A stretch of DNA of 45,945 nucleotides from Thermodesulfobacteriota bacterium (GTDB lineage: Bacteria; Desulfobacterota; Desulfobulbia; Desulfobulbales; SURF-16). The position numbers and the translations under genes are program-made. Under the pieces are notes generated by a model. The model was not told the origin of the DNA and did not search any database. It saw only the letters and a list, made by a program, of their open reading frames with translations. The stretch's first letter is position 1, and every line of letters starts with the position of its first letter. The stretch is taken from contig JBFMAY010000035.1 of assembly GCA_040755455.1 (NCBI GenBank), positions 1 through 45,945 of the forward strand, read 5' to 3'. Positions 7,969-16,160 of this stretch are shown here, piece by piece.

Positions 7969-10456
7969 AATTAAACCTCCATTTTTCAACTGGTTCCTCT
8001 GATAAACCGAAAAAATCGCTGTAATAACGTTCCTCCAGATAAAGAATACCCACGCCCTCCTGCACAGGATGCAAAGCCCCTTTGTCTATCAACCTGTTGA
8101 GCACGTTGGGAGACACGTTGACGGAAAATTGCTGGGCTTGCTTGAGAAGATCATATTGCTTCTCCACTTCGAACGCGGCACACAATTTAGCAATCAACTC
8201 GCAACCTGCATCCCGATAAGGAACAATTACACCTTGAGTCGGGGAATCAATCGCCTCAAATGTTTTTGCCGCTGTCATGAATGCCTGTCGTAGATAAATA
8301 TTAGGCTGCATTCCATGCCGTGTTCCATATTCTCCTACAGCAAGAGAATTGGTTGACAGCAGATTCAGTATATTGTCGTCATGCCCTATTCGTCTTTGCG
8401 ATATTGGGTAATTCATTTCATCCTGACGCGCAAAAAAGTAGTTTTGGTAATACCAATTCATTGCTTCAGGGCCGAGTACATTGTTTTGATACCGTTCGGG
8501 TTCCTGATTATAATCGTCAAGCACCCGCTCTGCTTTGTCCTTGCCGATTCGGATGTCACAAAGCATGTCCAAATTTTCATCCTGGGGATTCACGATATGC
8601 ACGAGCCCCCGAACTTTTCGACCACCTTTTTTTTGCGCCCCATTACGATTGCATCGGCCCGCAGCCTGGGCGATGGAATCAAGGCCGGCAGTGAAGCGAA
8701 TCACCGCTCCAAAATCTACATCAACACCTGCTTCGATCAACTGAGTGCTAATGCACAACACAGGTTTATCGGCGTCCAATAGTTGCCGCACCTCGCTCAG
8801 CACTGCTCGGCGATGGGTCGGACACATGCTTGTGCTCAAATGATACAGTGGCAACCCTTCATCCAACTCGCGGCATTGCTCATAAATAGTTCGTGCCGCT
8901 TTTTTTGTATTGACGATGACAAGGCAACTTCCGGCCCGCAAGGTCTCCGACATAGCGAGCCCGGAGATATCTTCCATACGCCATCCACCGGCTTTGCTTC
9001 TGTTTTTAACCTCGACTCTATTCAGGTCAGCAAACAACCGCGTAGTGTCCGGCATGATTTCAGACGACTCGGAAAACCGAATAGCCCCTTTCTTCACATC
9101 AACACGATCCAGTAAGGGCTGCGTGGCGGTGCATAGCAAGACGCTACTAGCGCACTGTTCCGCCAGAAAATTCATTGCATTATTGAACAGATGGATGCAA
9201 CGTACCGGCAAGGTCTGCACTTCGTCGAAAATCAAGACGGCATTGGCAAGTTGGTGCATGCGCCGCGCACCCCGTGTGCCTGAACCGAACAATGCCTCTA
9301 ATAATTGCACCATGGTTGTATAGATAACCGGCGCATCCCAGTTTTCGGATAAAATTTTTTCCCGCCAACCCTGCCGCTCCTGCGTCAGATTAGAGTGGTG
9401 CTCCAGCACTATCCGCCCTTTGTTCTCAGGGATGTTGTCCGGCTCAAGTATCGCCCGTACAACATCGGCATTCTGATCGATGATCGAAGTGAAAGGAATC
9501 ACATAAATTATCCGTTCCATGGCATATCTTTTTGCATGGTGCAGGGCGTATCGTAGGCTGGCCAATGTTTTGCCTCCACCAGTGGGTACGGTCAGTGTAT
9601 AAATGCCCTTCTCGCGAGATGCGGCTTGCAGACAATGCAAGGAAATGTCGCGACGAAGGTCATCAATTGGGTGCCGTATTTCAAATTGCTCTATCCGCTT
9701 TTCAAGGCGGTCGATCAGCGTATCCCAATCTTCATACCGGCCATACTGCCTATGGCAAGCGACGTGAGGTTTCTCAAAATCAGCAGTATCCACACGATCC
9801 GCATCAATAATCGCACTGAAAAGAAAACGTGCAAGCAGCCCGAATTGAAACCTGGCACCTGTTGATTTATCATCTTGTTCTGGTTGTTTTTTTATAACTT
9901 TGGCAAAAGCTTCTCTCATCCCGTTGATCAAATCTGGAGAGTTCAACAACGAGTTAAGTCGCTTTGTTATCTCATCATCAGCCTTGCGTCGAGCTTCTTG
10001 AATGTGGACTTTTTCCTCCGGCTTGTTCATGCGCCGGCTGAATAGATCTTCGCCGAAAGCATTGTCTGTCGCCCCGACGCAGTCGATGAGTCCAGAATGA
10101 TGAGAGGCTAGACAAAGGGCAAGGACCTGTCCTGTAATCATGCCCAGATGGCCATGTTTCGACAACTCCCCCCATACCACCTGCGCCCCTGCAGTGGAGT
10201 GATCTATCTTACCGCGCTGTCCTTCGGCATCAACATAGTCATCTTCATCAGGGTCAATGAGACCAACTGCCGACTTGAGGTACATTTGGAACTCATTGCT
10301 GTATTTCCCGAAATCGTGCAACATACCCATCACCTCACCATGCGATTCCAGACCTATTTTCCCGGCGAAACGCTTGGCGAGTTCTGCTACTCCTAAAAGG
10401 TGCTCCTCAAGGCTTTGATCTACGCCATCAGAGTCACGTCGATGTGCAATACACAT
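7961..10456 (-). CDS. cas3: Cas3 HD nuclease-helicase
   Basis: AH...[59 protein letters not shown]. Start set at ATG 10456 (MCIAH); 831 aa. Confidence 0.96.
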   Translation of the reverse strand: MCIAHRRDSDGVDQSLEEHLLGVAELAKRFAGKIGLESHGEVMGMLHDFGKYSNEFQMYLKSAVGLIDPDEDDYVDAEGQRGKIDHSTAGAQVVWGELSKHGHLGMITGQVLALCLASHHSGLIDCVGATDNAFGEDLFSRRMNKPEEKVHIQEARRKADDEITKRLNSLLNSPDLINGMREAFAKVIKKQPEQDDKSTGARFQFGLLARFLFSAIIDADRVDTADFEKPHVACHRQYGRYEDWDTLIDRLEKRIEQFEIRHPIDDLRRDISLHCLQAASREKGIYTLTVPTGGGKTLASLRYALHHAKRYAMERIIYVIPFTSIIDQNADVVRAILEPDNIPENKGRIVLEHHSNLTQERQGWREKILSENWDAPVIYTTMVQLLEALFGSGTRGARRMHQLANAVLIFDEVQTLPVRCIHLFNNAMNFLAEQCASSVLLCTATQPLLDRVDVKKGAIRFSESSEIMPDTTRLFADLNRVEVKNRSKAGGWRMEDISGLAMSETLRAGSCLVIVNTKKAARTIYEQCRELDEGLPLYHLSTSMCPTHRRAVLSEVRQLLDADKPVLCISTQLIEAGVDVDFGAVIRFTAGLDSIAQAAGRCNRNGAQKKGGRKVRGLVHIVNPQDENLDMLCDIRIGKDKAERVLDDYNQEPERYQNNVLGPEAMNWYYQNYFFARQDEMNYPISQRRIGHDDNILNLLSTNSLAVGEYGTRHGMQPNIYLRQAFMTAAKTFEAIDSPTQGVIVPYRDAGCELIAKLCAAFEVEKQYDLLKQAQQFSVNVSPNVLNRLIDKGALHPVQEGVGILYLEERYYSDFFGLSEEPVEKWRFNCA

Positions 10457-10541
10457 TGTTAACCCCAAAAGTCCAGTCAGATTCAAGAAAACCAACATCA
10501 CGGGCGAACATTCACAAGACGACAGCAAAACTGGTCGCATT

Positions 10542-10655
10542 TTACAGAACTGTCCGGGGAATGGCCGCCATCTCAGCCACTTTTTTCAGATGTTCTTCCA
10601 GCGGCTGCTATTTTTCCGGCGGCTCTCCTTCGAGGCTATGGGCGTAGTATTTCAT
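10542..10655 (-). pseudogene. Truncated 5' remnant of a second, different cas3
   Basis: Manual translation gives MKYYAHSLEGEPPEK*QPLEEHLKKVAEMAA(IPRTVL*), the Cas3 HD N-terminal YAHS...WQxLxEHLxxVA pattern, with TAG at 10608-10610 where Trp (TGG) is expected. Confidence 0.8.
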
Positions 10656-10684
10656 ATCAAATGTTCCAGTATTTCATGGTTTCA

Positions 10685-10763
10685 CGTTGGAACGTTCAAA
10701 CGTTTCAGCATTGAAGCGGTCCAGCGTGCAAACGTTTCAAATATTCCAGCGATCAAGCGTTTC
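10685..10763. repeat. Degenerate 8-bp tandem repeat cluster 1
   Basis: cgttggaa cgttcaaa cgtttcag cattgaag cggtccag cgtgcaaa cgtttcaa atattccag cgatcaag cgtttc. Confidence 0.85.
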
Positions 10764-10771
10764 TTCATCCC

Positions 10772-10808
10772 ACCCTATCACACTCACCCTGTCATCCGAT
10801 GTCATAGT
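10772..10808 (-). promoter_or_regulatory. Shared promoter-like motif copy A, upstream of the cas operon
   Basis: ACTATGACATCGGATGACAGGGTGAGTGTGATAGGGT; 27/37 identical to copy B at 14274-14310; ends in an extended -10-like TGnTAnnnT. Confidence 0.65.
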
Positions 10809-10846
10809 CACAATTTTTTTCCATTTCCGCATGAATAATATGGTCA

Positions 10847-10875
10847 TTGACATGGTCATGTTTGTGGCCTAGAAT
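10847..10875 (+). promoter_or_regulatory. Near-consensus sigma70 promoter of the vapBC-type operon (probably leaderless)
   Basis: TTGACA-17 bp-TAGAAT with the ATG at 10882. Direct repeats ATGGTCAT at 10840-10847 and 10852-10859 flank the -35 (candidate operator). Confidence 0.75.
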
Positions 10876-10881
10876 ACCATC

Positions 10882-11136
10882 ATGATCACCATGAACATCA
10901 ATGAAGCAAAGGCCCATCTCTCCAGCGCGCTGGAGAAGGTCGCCAGGGGCGAGACAGTTGTTCTCTGCAAGCGGAACAAACCGGTGGCGGAAATCCGGCC
11001 GGTCAAGGAACCGTTGCGGGAAAAACGGCCCATTGGCCTGGCTGCCAAGGAATATCCCGCCTTCACCATTGACCAGAGTTTTTTCGAGCCGCTTCCCGAT
11101 GATATAGTCAAGGCGTTTGCGGGCGCAAGTGAATGA
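10882..11136 (+). CDS. Phd/YefM-family antitoxin
   Basis: MNINEAKAHLSSALEKVARGETVVLCKRNKPVAEIRP; overlaps the toxin start (ATGA). Confidence 0.92.
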   Translation: MITMNINEAKAHLSSALEKVARGETVVLCKRNKPVAEIRPVKEPLREKRPIGLAAKEYPAFTIDQSFFEPLPDDIVKAFAGASE

Positions 11137-11519
11137 ACATCCTGCTTGACACCTGCTCCTTTCTCTGGATCATTAGCGGCAGCGGCGAGCTTTCCGCGAC
11201 CGCCGGAGAGGCATTCGCCGATCCCGGCAATGAAATTTTTCTCAGCGCCGCTTCCTGCTGGGAGATCAGCGTCAAATGGTCGCTCGGCAAACTCCGGCTG
11301 CCCGAAGACCCGGCCCGTTTCCTGCCGAAACAGCGGTCGCAGCACTTCATCGAGCCGCTGCCCATCACCGAGCAGGCCGTCTTTCATCTGGCAAAGCTTC
11401 CGCATCATCACAAAGACCCTTTCGACAGAATCCTGGTCTGCCAGGCAATCGAGCATTCCCTTGTGCTGCTCACGCCTGATCCCCTGATTACCCAGTATCC
11501 CGTGCGCACTGCCTGGTAA
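11133..11519 (+). CDS. vapC: PIN-domain VapC-family toxin
   Basis: ILLDTCSFLW, SAASCWEISVKWSLGKL, HHKDPFDRILVCQA, LLTPD. Confidence 0.93.
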   Translation: MNILLDTCSFLWIISGSGELSATAGEAFADPGNEIFLSAASCWEISVKWSLGKLRLPEDPARFLPKQRSQHFIEPLPITEQAVFHLAKLPHHHKDPFDRILVCQAIEHSLVLLTPDPLITQYPVRTAW

Positions 11520-11522
11520 TAG

Positions 11523-11585
11523 CGTTTTGAGCGTGCAAACGTTCCAGCGATCCAGCGTTTGAACGTTGGATCGTTTGAACCGTTA
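11523..11585. repeat. Degenerate 8-bp tandem repeat cluster 2
   Basis: cgttttgag cgtgcaaa cgttccag cgatccag cgtttgaa cgttggat cgtttgaa ccgtta, between convergent vapC and the four-helix-bundle gene. Confidence 0.85.
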
Positions 11586-11590
11586 CTTTT

Positions 11591-12031
11591 TCAAATACCC
11601 CTGCAGCAGGGCATCGAATTCAGCCAGTTTCGGGTCTGGTTTCGGGGGGCTTGTATTTCTCCCTTGAATTTGCTGGCTTTCAGATGCTCCATGAATTTAT
11701 GAATCATGATGGACAGCTTTTTGTGCTGGTCAATCAGCACCTCGGCCTCCTCCCGGTTGACATAACCCTGATCCAGGGCCACATAAAGTTGGCAGCGCAC
11801 CTCGCCGCAGCTGCCCTTGGCAATGGCAAGAAACTGGATGAACTCCTGGTTGCCGCCTCGTTCATAACCCTCGGCGATGTTTGACATCACCGACACCGAG
11901 GCACGCTGGATCTGGTTGCCCAGGCCGAAATCCCTGGCGAATGGGCCGTCCCTGGTGAGTTTGTATATTTTGCCGGTTAATGACCGGGCCAGTTGCCAGA
12001 TTTCCAGCTCTTCAAAATTTTTCGATGTCAT
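11591..12031 (-). CDS. Four-helix-bundle protein (23S rRNA IVP / bAvd-like family)
   Basis: FEELEIWQLAR, DFGLGNQIQRASVSVMSNIAEGYERG, EFIQFLAIAKGSCGEVRCQLYVALDQGY; GGAGG RBS. The C-terminal tail may be frameshifted at the G6 run 11644-11649. Confidence 0.92.
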   Translation of the reverse strand: MTSKNFEELEIWQLARSLTGKIYKLTRDGPFARDFGLGNQIQRASVSVMSNIAEGYERGGNQEFIQFLAIAKGSCGEVRCQLYVALDQGYVNREEAEVLIDQHKKLSIMIHKFMEHLKASKFKGEIQAPRNQTRNWLNSMPCCRGI

Positions 12032-12044
12032 GGCGAACTTCCTC

Positions 12045-12104
12045 CGTTCCAGCGATCAAGCGTTTCAACGTTTAAGCGTTTGAACAAACGTTTGAACGCT
12101 GGAA
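12045..12104. repeat. Degenerate 8-bp tandem repeat cluster 3
   Basis: cgttccag cgatcaag cgtttcaa cgtttaag cgtttgaa caaa cgtttgaa cgctggaa. Confidence 0.85.
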
Positions 12105-12112
12105 CCCTTCTT

Positions 12113-13186
12113 TTACTTTGCCTCATTCTGGCCGGGACCTTTGGGCGCGGATTCACCGTAATAGCGTTCCCTTGGGCTCGAAACCGCCTTGACGGCGATG
12201 TCCTGCACCTTGCCGTAGGCCTTGTCAAGCTGGGAGGCAAGCAGATCGATCTGTTTCTTCTGGTCGGCGGCAACCTGCTCCAGTCCGGCAATCCTGGTGC
12301 TGAGCACGTTTTTCTCGCCCTCAAATGTTTTACGCAGCAGTTCCTCATTTTTCGCGGACTCGGCGGTCAGCCTCTCCGCCGTCTCCTTGACCGCCCGCTT
12401 GATGCCGTCCTCCAGTTCCCTGGGGAATTTCTCCACCTGGATATCGAGGGCCACGATGCGTTTTTCCTGCTGGGCCACCGCCGCCTCGCGCTCCTTCAGG
12501 CTGGCCTCCTTGTCCGCCACTTTCTTATCGAATTCACCCCTCTTCTGCTGCAGCTCCTTTTCCAGGCGGTTGATCTCGTCCTGCAGGGCATTGGTCTTCT
12601 GTTCCCGGTCCCGCTTGAGCAGGTAGTCATACTCCTCCTGTTCGCGGCGGCGGGCCTTTTCCAACTGCTCCTGCTGCTCCTTGGCCCTGGCTTTGGCTTC
12701 GGCCTGCTCCTGCTCCCAGGCGGCGCGGTCGCGTTTGATCGCCGCCTCCAGCTCCGTGCGGCGGGCGGCCATCTCTTCCTCAAAGGCGGCCCGTTTCTGC
12801 TTCTGCGCCTCGACCAGGGCCGCCAGGGAGTAGGCGGATTTTTCCATCTCAAAGATCTCGGCCAGTTCCTTCTCCTTGGCCGCCACCGCCTCCTTGACCT
12901 TACGGTAACGGTCGGTCTGTTCCTCGATCCGGGCGGCGATATCGGTCAGGGCCGCGGTGATACCGGTCTTGATCCCGCCGATGGCCTCGCTTACTTGCAC
13001 CGCGGCAAGTTCCTCGGCAACCACGGTCACCTCCCTGGCCCGCCGCTCCTCCTTTTCCTTCTCCGGCCGCAGCTCCTCGACGGCGCGGCCCTCCAATTTC
13101 TCCACCAGTTGATTGTACGCCTCAAGAATCTCCTTCTTGGTATTGGTCGGGGTCAGCTTCGGCATCTCATCTTCCTTTTTGCTCAT
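12113..13186 (-). CDS. Long coiled-coil hypothetical protein
   Basis: About 357 aa, E/K/A/R-rich with heptad character throughout and no transmembrane segment; N-terminus MPKLTPTNTKKEILEAY. Confidence 0.85.
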   Translation of the reverse strand: MSKKEDEMPKLTPTNTKKEILEAYNQLVEKLEGRAVEELRPEKEKEERRAREVTVVAEELAAVQVSEAIGGIKTGITAALTDIAARIEEQTDRYRKVKEAVAAKEKELAEIFEMEKSAYSLAALVEAQKQKRAAFEEEMAARRTELEAAIKRDRAAWEQEQAEAKARAKEQQEQLEKARRREQEEYDYLLKRDREQKTNALQDEINRLEKELQQKRGEFDKKVADKEASLKEREAAVAQQEKRIVALDIQVEKFPRELEDGIKRAVKETAERLTAESAKNEELLRKTFEGEKNVLSTRIAGLEQVAADQKKQIDLLASQLDKAYGKVQDIAVKAVSSPRERYYGESAPKGPGQNEAK

Positions 13187-13251
13187 TTTTTCACCTGATT
13201 TTTTTGATATTGGTTGTGGCCGGCATACATGCATTTCTTCTGATTATTCGC

Positions 13252-13288
13252 TGCATACCAGAAGTGGTCGGACAAATAGCGTCCTAGG
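13252..13288 (-). promoter_or_regulatory. Shared promoter-like motif copy C, upstream of the coiled-coil gene
   Basis: CCTAGGACGCTATTTGTCCGACCACTTCTGGTATGCA aligns without gaps to copies A and B (CTAkGAC-N6-TGnCnG-N8-TGnyA) and contains a GGAC-N7-GTCC inverted repeat. Confidence 0.5.
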
Positions 13289-13401
13289 AAATATTTTTTT
13301 AAAATAAAGGTCCCTATCCGGATCAAATTGAATAACGGTGGAAAACTTAATCGCGGGCATGGCCCGCTCTTACGGGCGGCTGGATAGTTCCCCAAACAGG
13401 A

Positions 13402-13439
13402 TGTTTCAAAGCTTACGCGTTTTCACGCTTAAACGTTCA
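13402..13439. repeat. Degenerate 8-bp tandem repeat cluster 4
   Basis: tgtttcaa agcttacg cgttttca cgcttaaa cgttca, abutting the stop codon of the TPR-like gene. Confidence 0.7.
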
Positions 13440-14251
13440 CCCCTCCAGCCATTCCAGGTAATCCCGCAGGAGATCGGGGGCCAGATTTTTCAAATCGCGG
13501 CGGGAGGCCACCATGGCCTGGTGATGGCCGAGGCGCCTTGCCTGTTCCGCCCGCCGCAGCAGTTCGTATACCCGGCCTTCCCTGGTAACCGGCTCTTTGT
13601 CCTGCTCCACCAGGGGAAGAAGCCCTTGCAGAAAGCCATAGGCCGGCGCCAGGGCAGGCCCGTATTCCGCAATCACGGCAGCCAACGGCTGGTTGCGTAT
13701 CGCCTCCACAGCCACCTCATGCGGGGCAAGCAGCAGCGCCTTGACATAAGACGCGCCGGCGATTTCCGCCCGGCCCTGCAGCCACAGGGCATCGGCGAGA
13801 TAGCCATGCAGCCGGCCGTTTTCCGGCAAACGCTCAAGCACAACCCGCAGATGGCGTTCCGCTGTCGCGTACTCGCCAAGCAGCAGATGCAGGTAACCGC
13901 TGCACAGATCAGGCGGGACGTAGAATGCCGGACTGCCGTCCAGCAATGTCAGCAGATGCCTGATCAGGTTCAGCCGCAATGTCTGGTAGCTTTCGGTATT
14001 GCCAGGGGGAATTTGCTAATCCTGTCCCACAGCAAAGGGGCGGCAGCTTCCGGTTCCAGCCCCTGCAGCTCGCCAAAAAACCCTTCCCAGCATTGCAAAT
14101 CCCGCATGCCGCGTCCGGCCTCGGGATGATCCGGCAAGGCCTTGAGCACCCCGGAAAAGCGCGCCCGCGCGTCATTAAAATCAAGCCCGGCAAGGCTGCG
14201 GTAGCCTTTGCCCACCGCGATAAGGTCCCACTGAAAAAGACTGAGCTGCAT
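13437..14251 (-). pseudogene. TPR-like helical protein, split by a 1-bp frameshift
   Basis: ORFs 13970-14251 and 13437-13979 join into 271 aa with one extra base in the G5 run at 14005-14009. TPR-like segments LGEYATAERHLRVVLERLPENGRLHGYLADALWLQG...YVKALLLAP; AGGAG directly before ATG 14251. Confidence 0.72.
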
Positions 14252-14273
14252 CTCCTATTCTCCCGCAACAGCT

Positions 14274-14310
14274 ATCCTGCCATCCGCACTCTGCCACCCA
14301 ATGTCATAGT
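14274..14310 (-). promoter_or_regulatory. Shared promoter-like motif copy B, upstream of the TPR-like gene
   Basis: ACTATGACATTGGGTGGCAGAGTGCGGATGGCAGGAT, ending 23 nt before the ATG. Confidence 0.65.
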
Positions 14311-14322
14311 GAAAAAAAATAA

Positions 14323-14368
14323 CGTTCCAACGCTTGAGAGTTTAAACGTTTGAACGCTGGATCGTTCA
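14323..14368. repeat. Degenerate 8-bp tandem repeat cluster 5
   Basis: cgttccaa cgcttgag agtttaaa cgtttgaa cgctggat cgttca, abutting the stop codon of the 582-aa gene. Confidence 0.8.
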
Positions 14369-16114
14369 CAGACCGGCGGCCATGCCGCGCAGAATTACTG
14401 ATTTCCCCACCGCCTCCCTCACCTCTTTGCGGAAGGCGACATGGCGATTGTAGCGCACCTTGCAGTAATCCTGCAGAAGCGCTTTGGCCTCGCTTTTTTT
14501 GCCGGCGGCCGTCATGTCCTCGGCCAGGGCGGCCAGCACCTGGGCGGCCCGGTCATAGGCGGAGCGCTGCTTGTTGGAAACGATATGGTTGATCCGCTTT
14601 TCCCCGATATTTCCGGCCCATTGCCGGTAACGGTCCGCATCCACGGTTGCCGGATCAACCAGGCCGAGCCCCCGCATGATCTCCTCAAGGCCGGAGACAT
14701 CCGGATCACGCTCGGAACCATCAAAACTGTCGGGATAATAGGAACGGCAACCGGCATAATCGTGCAGCAATTCCCGGACCAGGGTGCAGTTCGCCTGCCC
14801 TGCGCATGACAAATGCAGCAGGGACGCAAACAGCAGGCCGGTGGCATTGCCATAGGACCAGCCCACCGGTTTATTCCGTTCACACAGGGCAAACGCCTCA
14901 GCCAGTCTGCCCGCCATGAGCAGGGCCTTGACCAACAGAACCTTTTCATCGTGCCCGGATTTATGCCCGGAGAGAAAGGAACAGACTTCGGCCAACTCTT
15001 TCCCCCTGACCTGCTGCCGCTCTGCCTCCGCCACCAGGTCAAGCAGGCTCCCTTCCCCTGGTTGGGATCTGAATCTTTCCCGGCAGCCATCCAGGACCGC
15101 GCCCTGGTCTCCGAGTTTTTTACCGGCCCTGGCCAGGCAGAGCGCCGCCCTGCCGCGATCCCGGCCAAGGGGCAAGGCTTTCAGTGCCTCATGGCCTGCC
15201 TGTTTGAGTCCTGGCCAGTCTTCCCCATCTTCCAGTTTCTGCAGCCAGTAGAGATAACCACGGGGCTGTTTGGCCTGCCAGCTCCGGGCAAGGTCCGCCA
15301 CGGCCGTCACGCCACCCTGCAGAAAAGCCGCCTCCAGCCGCAGGCCGGCAACCCGGTCCTCTTGAAAACCCATGCGCCCCAAGGCCTTTTCCCAGGCAGG
15401 CAGAAACTGGTCGAAACCGGCAAGGGTGCCCGTCTCGGCATCCATCACATCCTGCAGCAGCGGATACTCCCCGGCGAGCAGCCCGTCCATATCGCTTCCC
15501 TCCTGCTCCGCCGCCATGGCGGTCAGCATGGCCTGCACCCGCTCCCCTTCGGCTGCGGATTCATAGACGCACCTGGCATAGCGGGCCCGCGCCTCCCTGA
15601 GATCGACGTTGAAATCAGGAAGCAGACTGGAGGAAGATAATTCCGCTTCGTTCAGCAGCGACAGCAGGGCATCATAAACCTGCCGGGCCTCCTCCTTCCT
15701 CCCGGCCATGAACAGCTGCCCGGCGTCGGTGAAGAAGGAAGTCAGCGCCGCCTGCTGGTCATCGCTCAGCAGGTCCGGGCCTTCATCGTCATAATAGGAA
15801 TCCTGCCAGTCATCATCCGGATCGTCCCAGTAGGAGCCGTCCTCAATGGCGCTGATACGATCGATAATTTCCTGCCGCAACCCGGCTATCTCCTTGAGCA
15901 GCCCGGTTTCAGAAGAAACGGAAACGGCAGCGGCCTGTTGTGGCTCAACGGGCAGGAGTGAGAGAACGGAGTCGAGGAAATCGCGCCGCTCTTCCGGCGC
16001 AACCTGTCTTGCCAGCTCAACAATCAGCTTGGACAGGGCAGCCTTGTCCAGCGGTTCGCAGAGCTGTTCGATTTTTTCAAGATAGGGTTTCAACGCGAGT
16101 GTTGCTGTTTTCAT
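14366..16114 (-). CDS. Hypothetical alpha-helical protein (582 aa)
   Basis: Long ORF with AAGGA RBS and an acidic loop (YWDDPDDDWQDSYYDDE). C-terminus RSAYDRAAQVL...RYNRHVAFRKEV resembles tails of SWIM-associated helical proteins, but no SWIM Cys/His motif is seen. Confidence 0.8.
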   Translation of the reverse strand: MKTATLALKPYLEKIEQLCEPLDKAALSKLIVELARQVAPEERRDFLDSVLSLLPVEPQQAAAVSVSSETGLLKEIAGLRQEIIDRISAIEDGSYWDDPDDDWQDSYYDDEGPDLLSDDQQAALTSFFTDAGQLFMAGRKEEARQVYDALLSLLNEAELSSSSLLPDFNVDLREARARYARCVYESAAEGERVQAMLTAMAAEQEGSDMDGLLAGEYPLLQDVMDAETGTLAGFDQFLPAWEKALGRMGFQEDRVAGLRLEAAFLQGGVTAVADLARSWQAKQPRGYLYWLQKLEDGEDWPGLKQAGHEALKALPLGRDRGRAALCLARAGKKLGDQGAVLDGCRERFRSQPGEGSLLDLVAEAERQQVRGKELAEVCSFLSGHKSGHDEKVLLVKALLMAGRLAEAFALCERNKPVGWSYGNATGLLFASLLHLSCAGQANCTLVRELLHDYAGCRSYYPDSFDGSERDPDVSGLEEIMRGLGLVDPATVDADRYRQWAGNIGEKRINHIVSNKQRSAYDRAAQVLAALAEDMTAAGKKSEAKALLQDYCKVRYNRHVAFRKEVREAVGKSVILRGMAAGL

Positions 16115-16122
16115 GGTTCTTC

Positions 16123-16160
16123 CTTTAAGTGTTCCAGCGTTTCAATGTTTAAACGTCCAT
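16123..16160. repeat. Degenerate 8-bp tandem repeat cluster 6
   Basis: ctttaag tgttccag cgtttcaa tgtttaaa cgtccat, between the WYL gene and the 582-aa gene. Confidence 0.7.

Noticed and set aside
10457..10540. N-terminal extension of cas3 from the ORF track, and a GCGAC-N10-GTCG dyad as a fourth WYL-type motif
   Set aside because: Cas3 homology starts at MCIAH (10456); the dyad spacing and downstream -10 do not fit the three aligned copies.
11591..12031. Diversity-generating retroelement suggested by the Avd-like protein
   Set aside because: No reverse transcriptase and no template/variable repeat pair seen in the window.
10685..12104. Octamer arrays as degenerate CRISPR mini-arrays or CreA/scaRNA-like regulators (some units resemble the repeat end GTTTCAA/TTGAAAC)
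   Set aside because: Period is 8 bp with no spacers and no GTCGC hairpin part of the I-C repeat, and the same arrays occur far from cas genes (26190, 33894).
11993..13198. 401-aa plus-strand ORF
   Set aside because: Antisense shadow of the coiled-coil gene; Leu/Phe-rich mirror composition and it starts within repeats.
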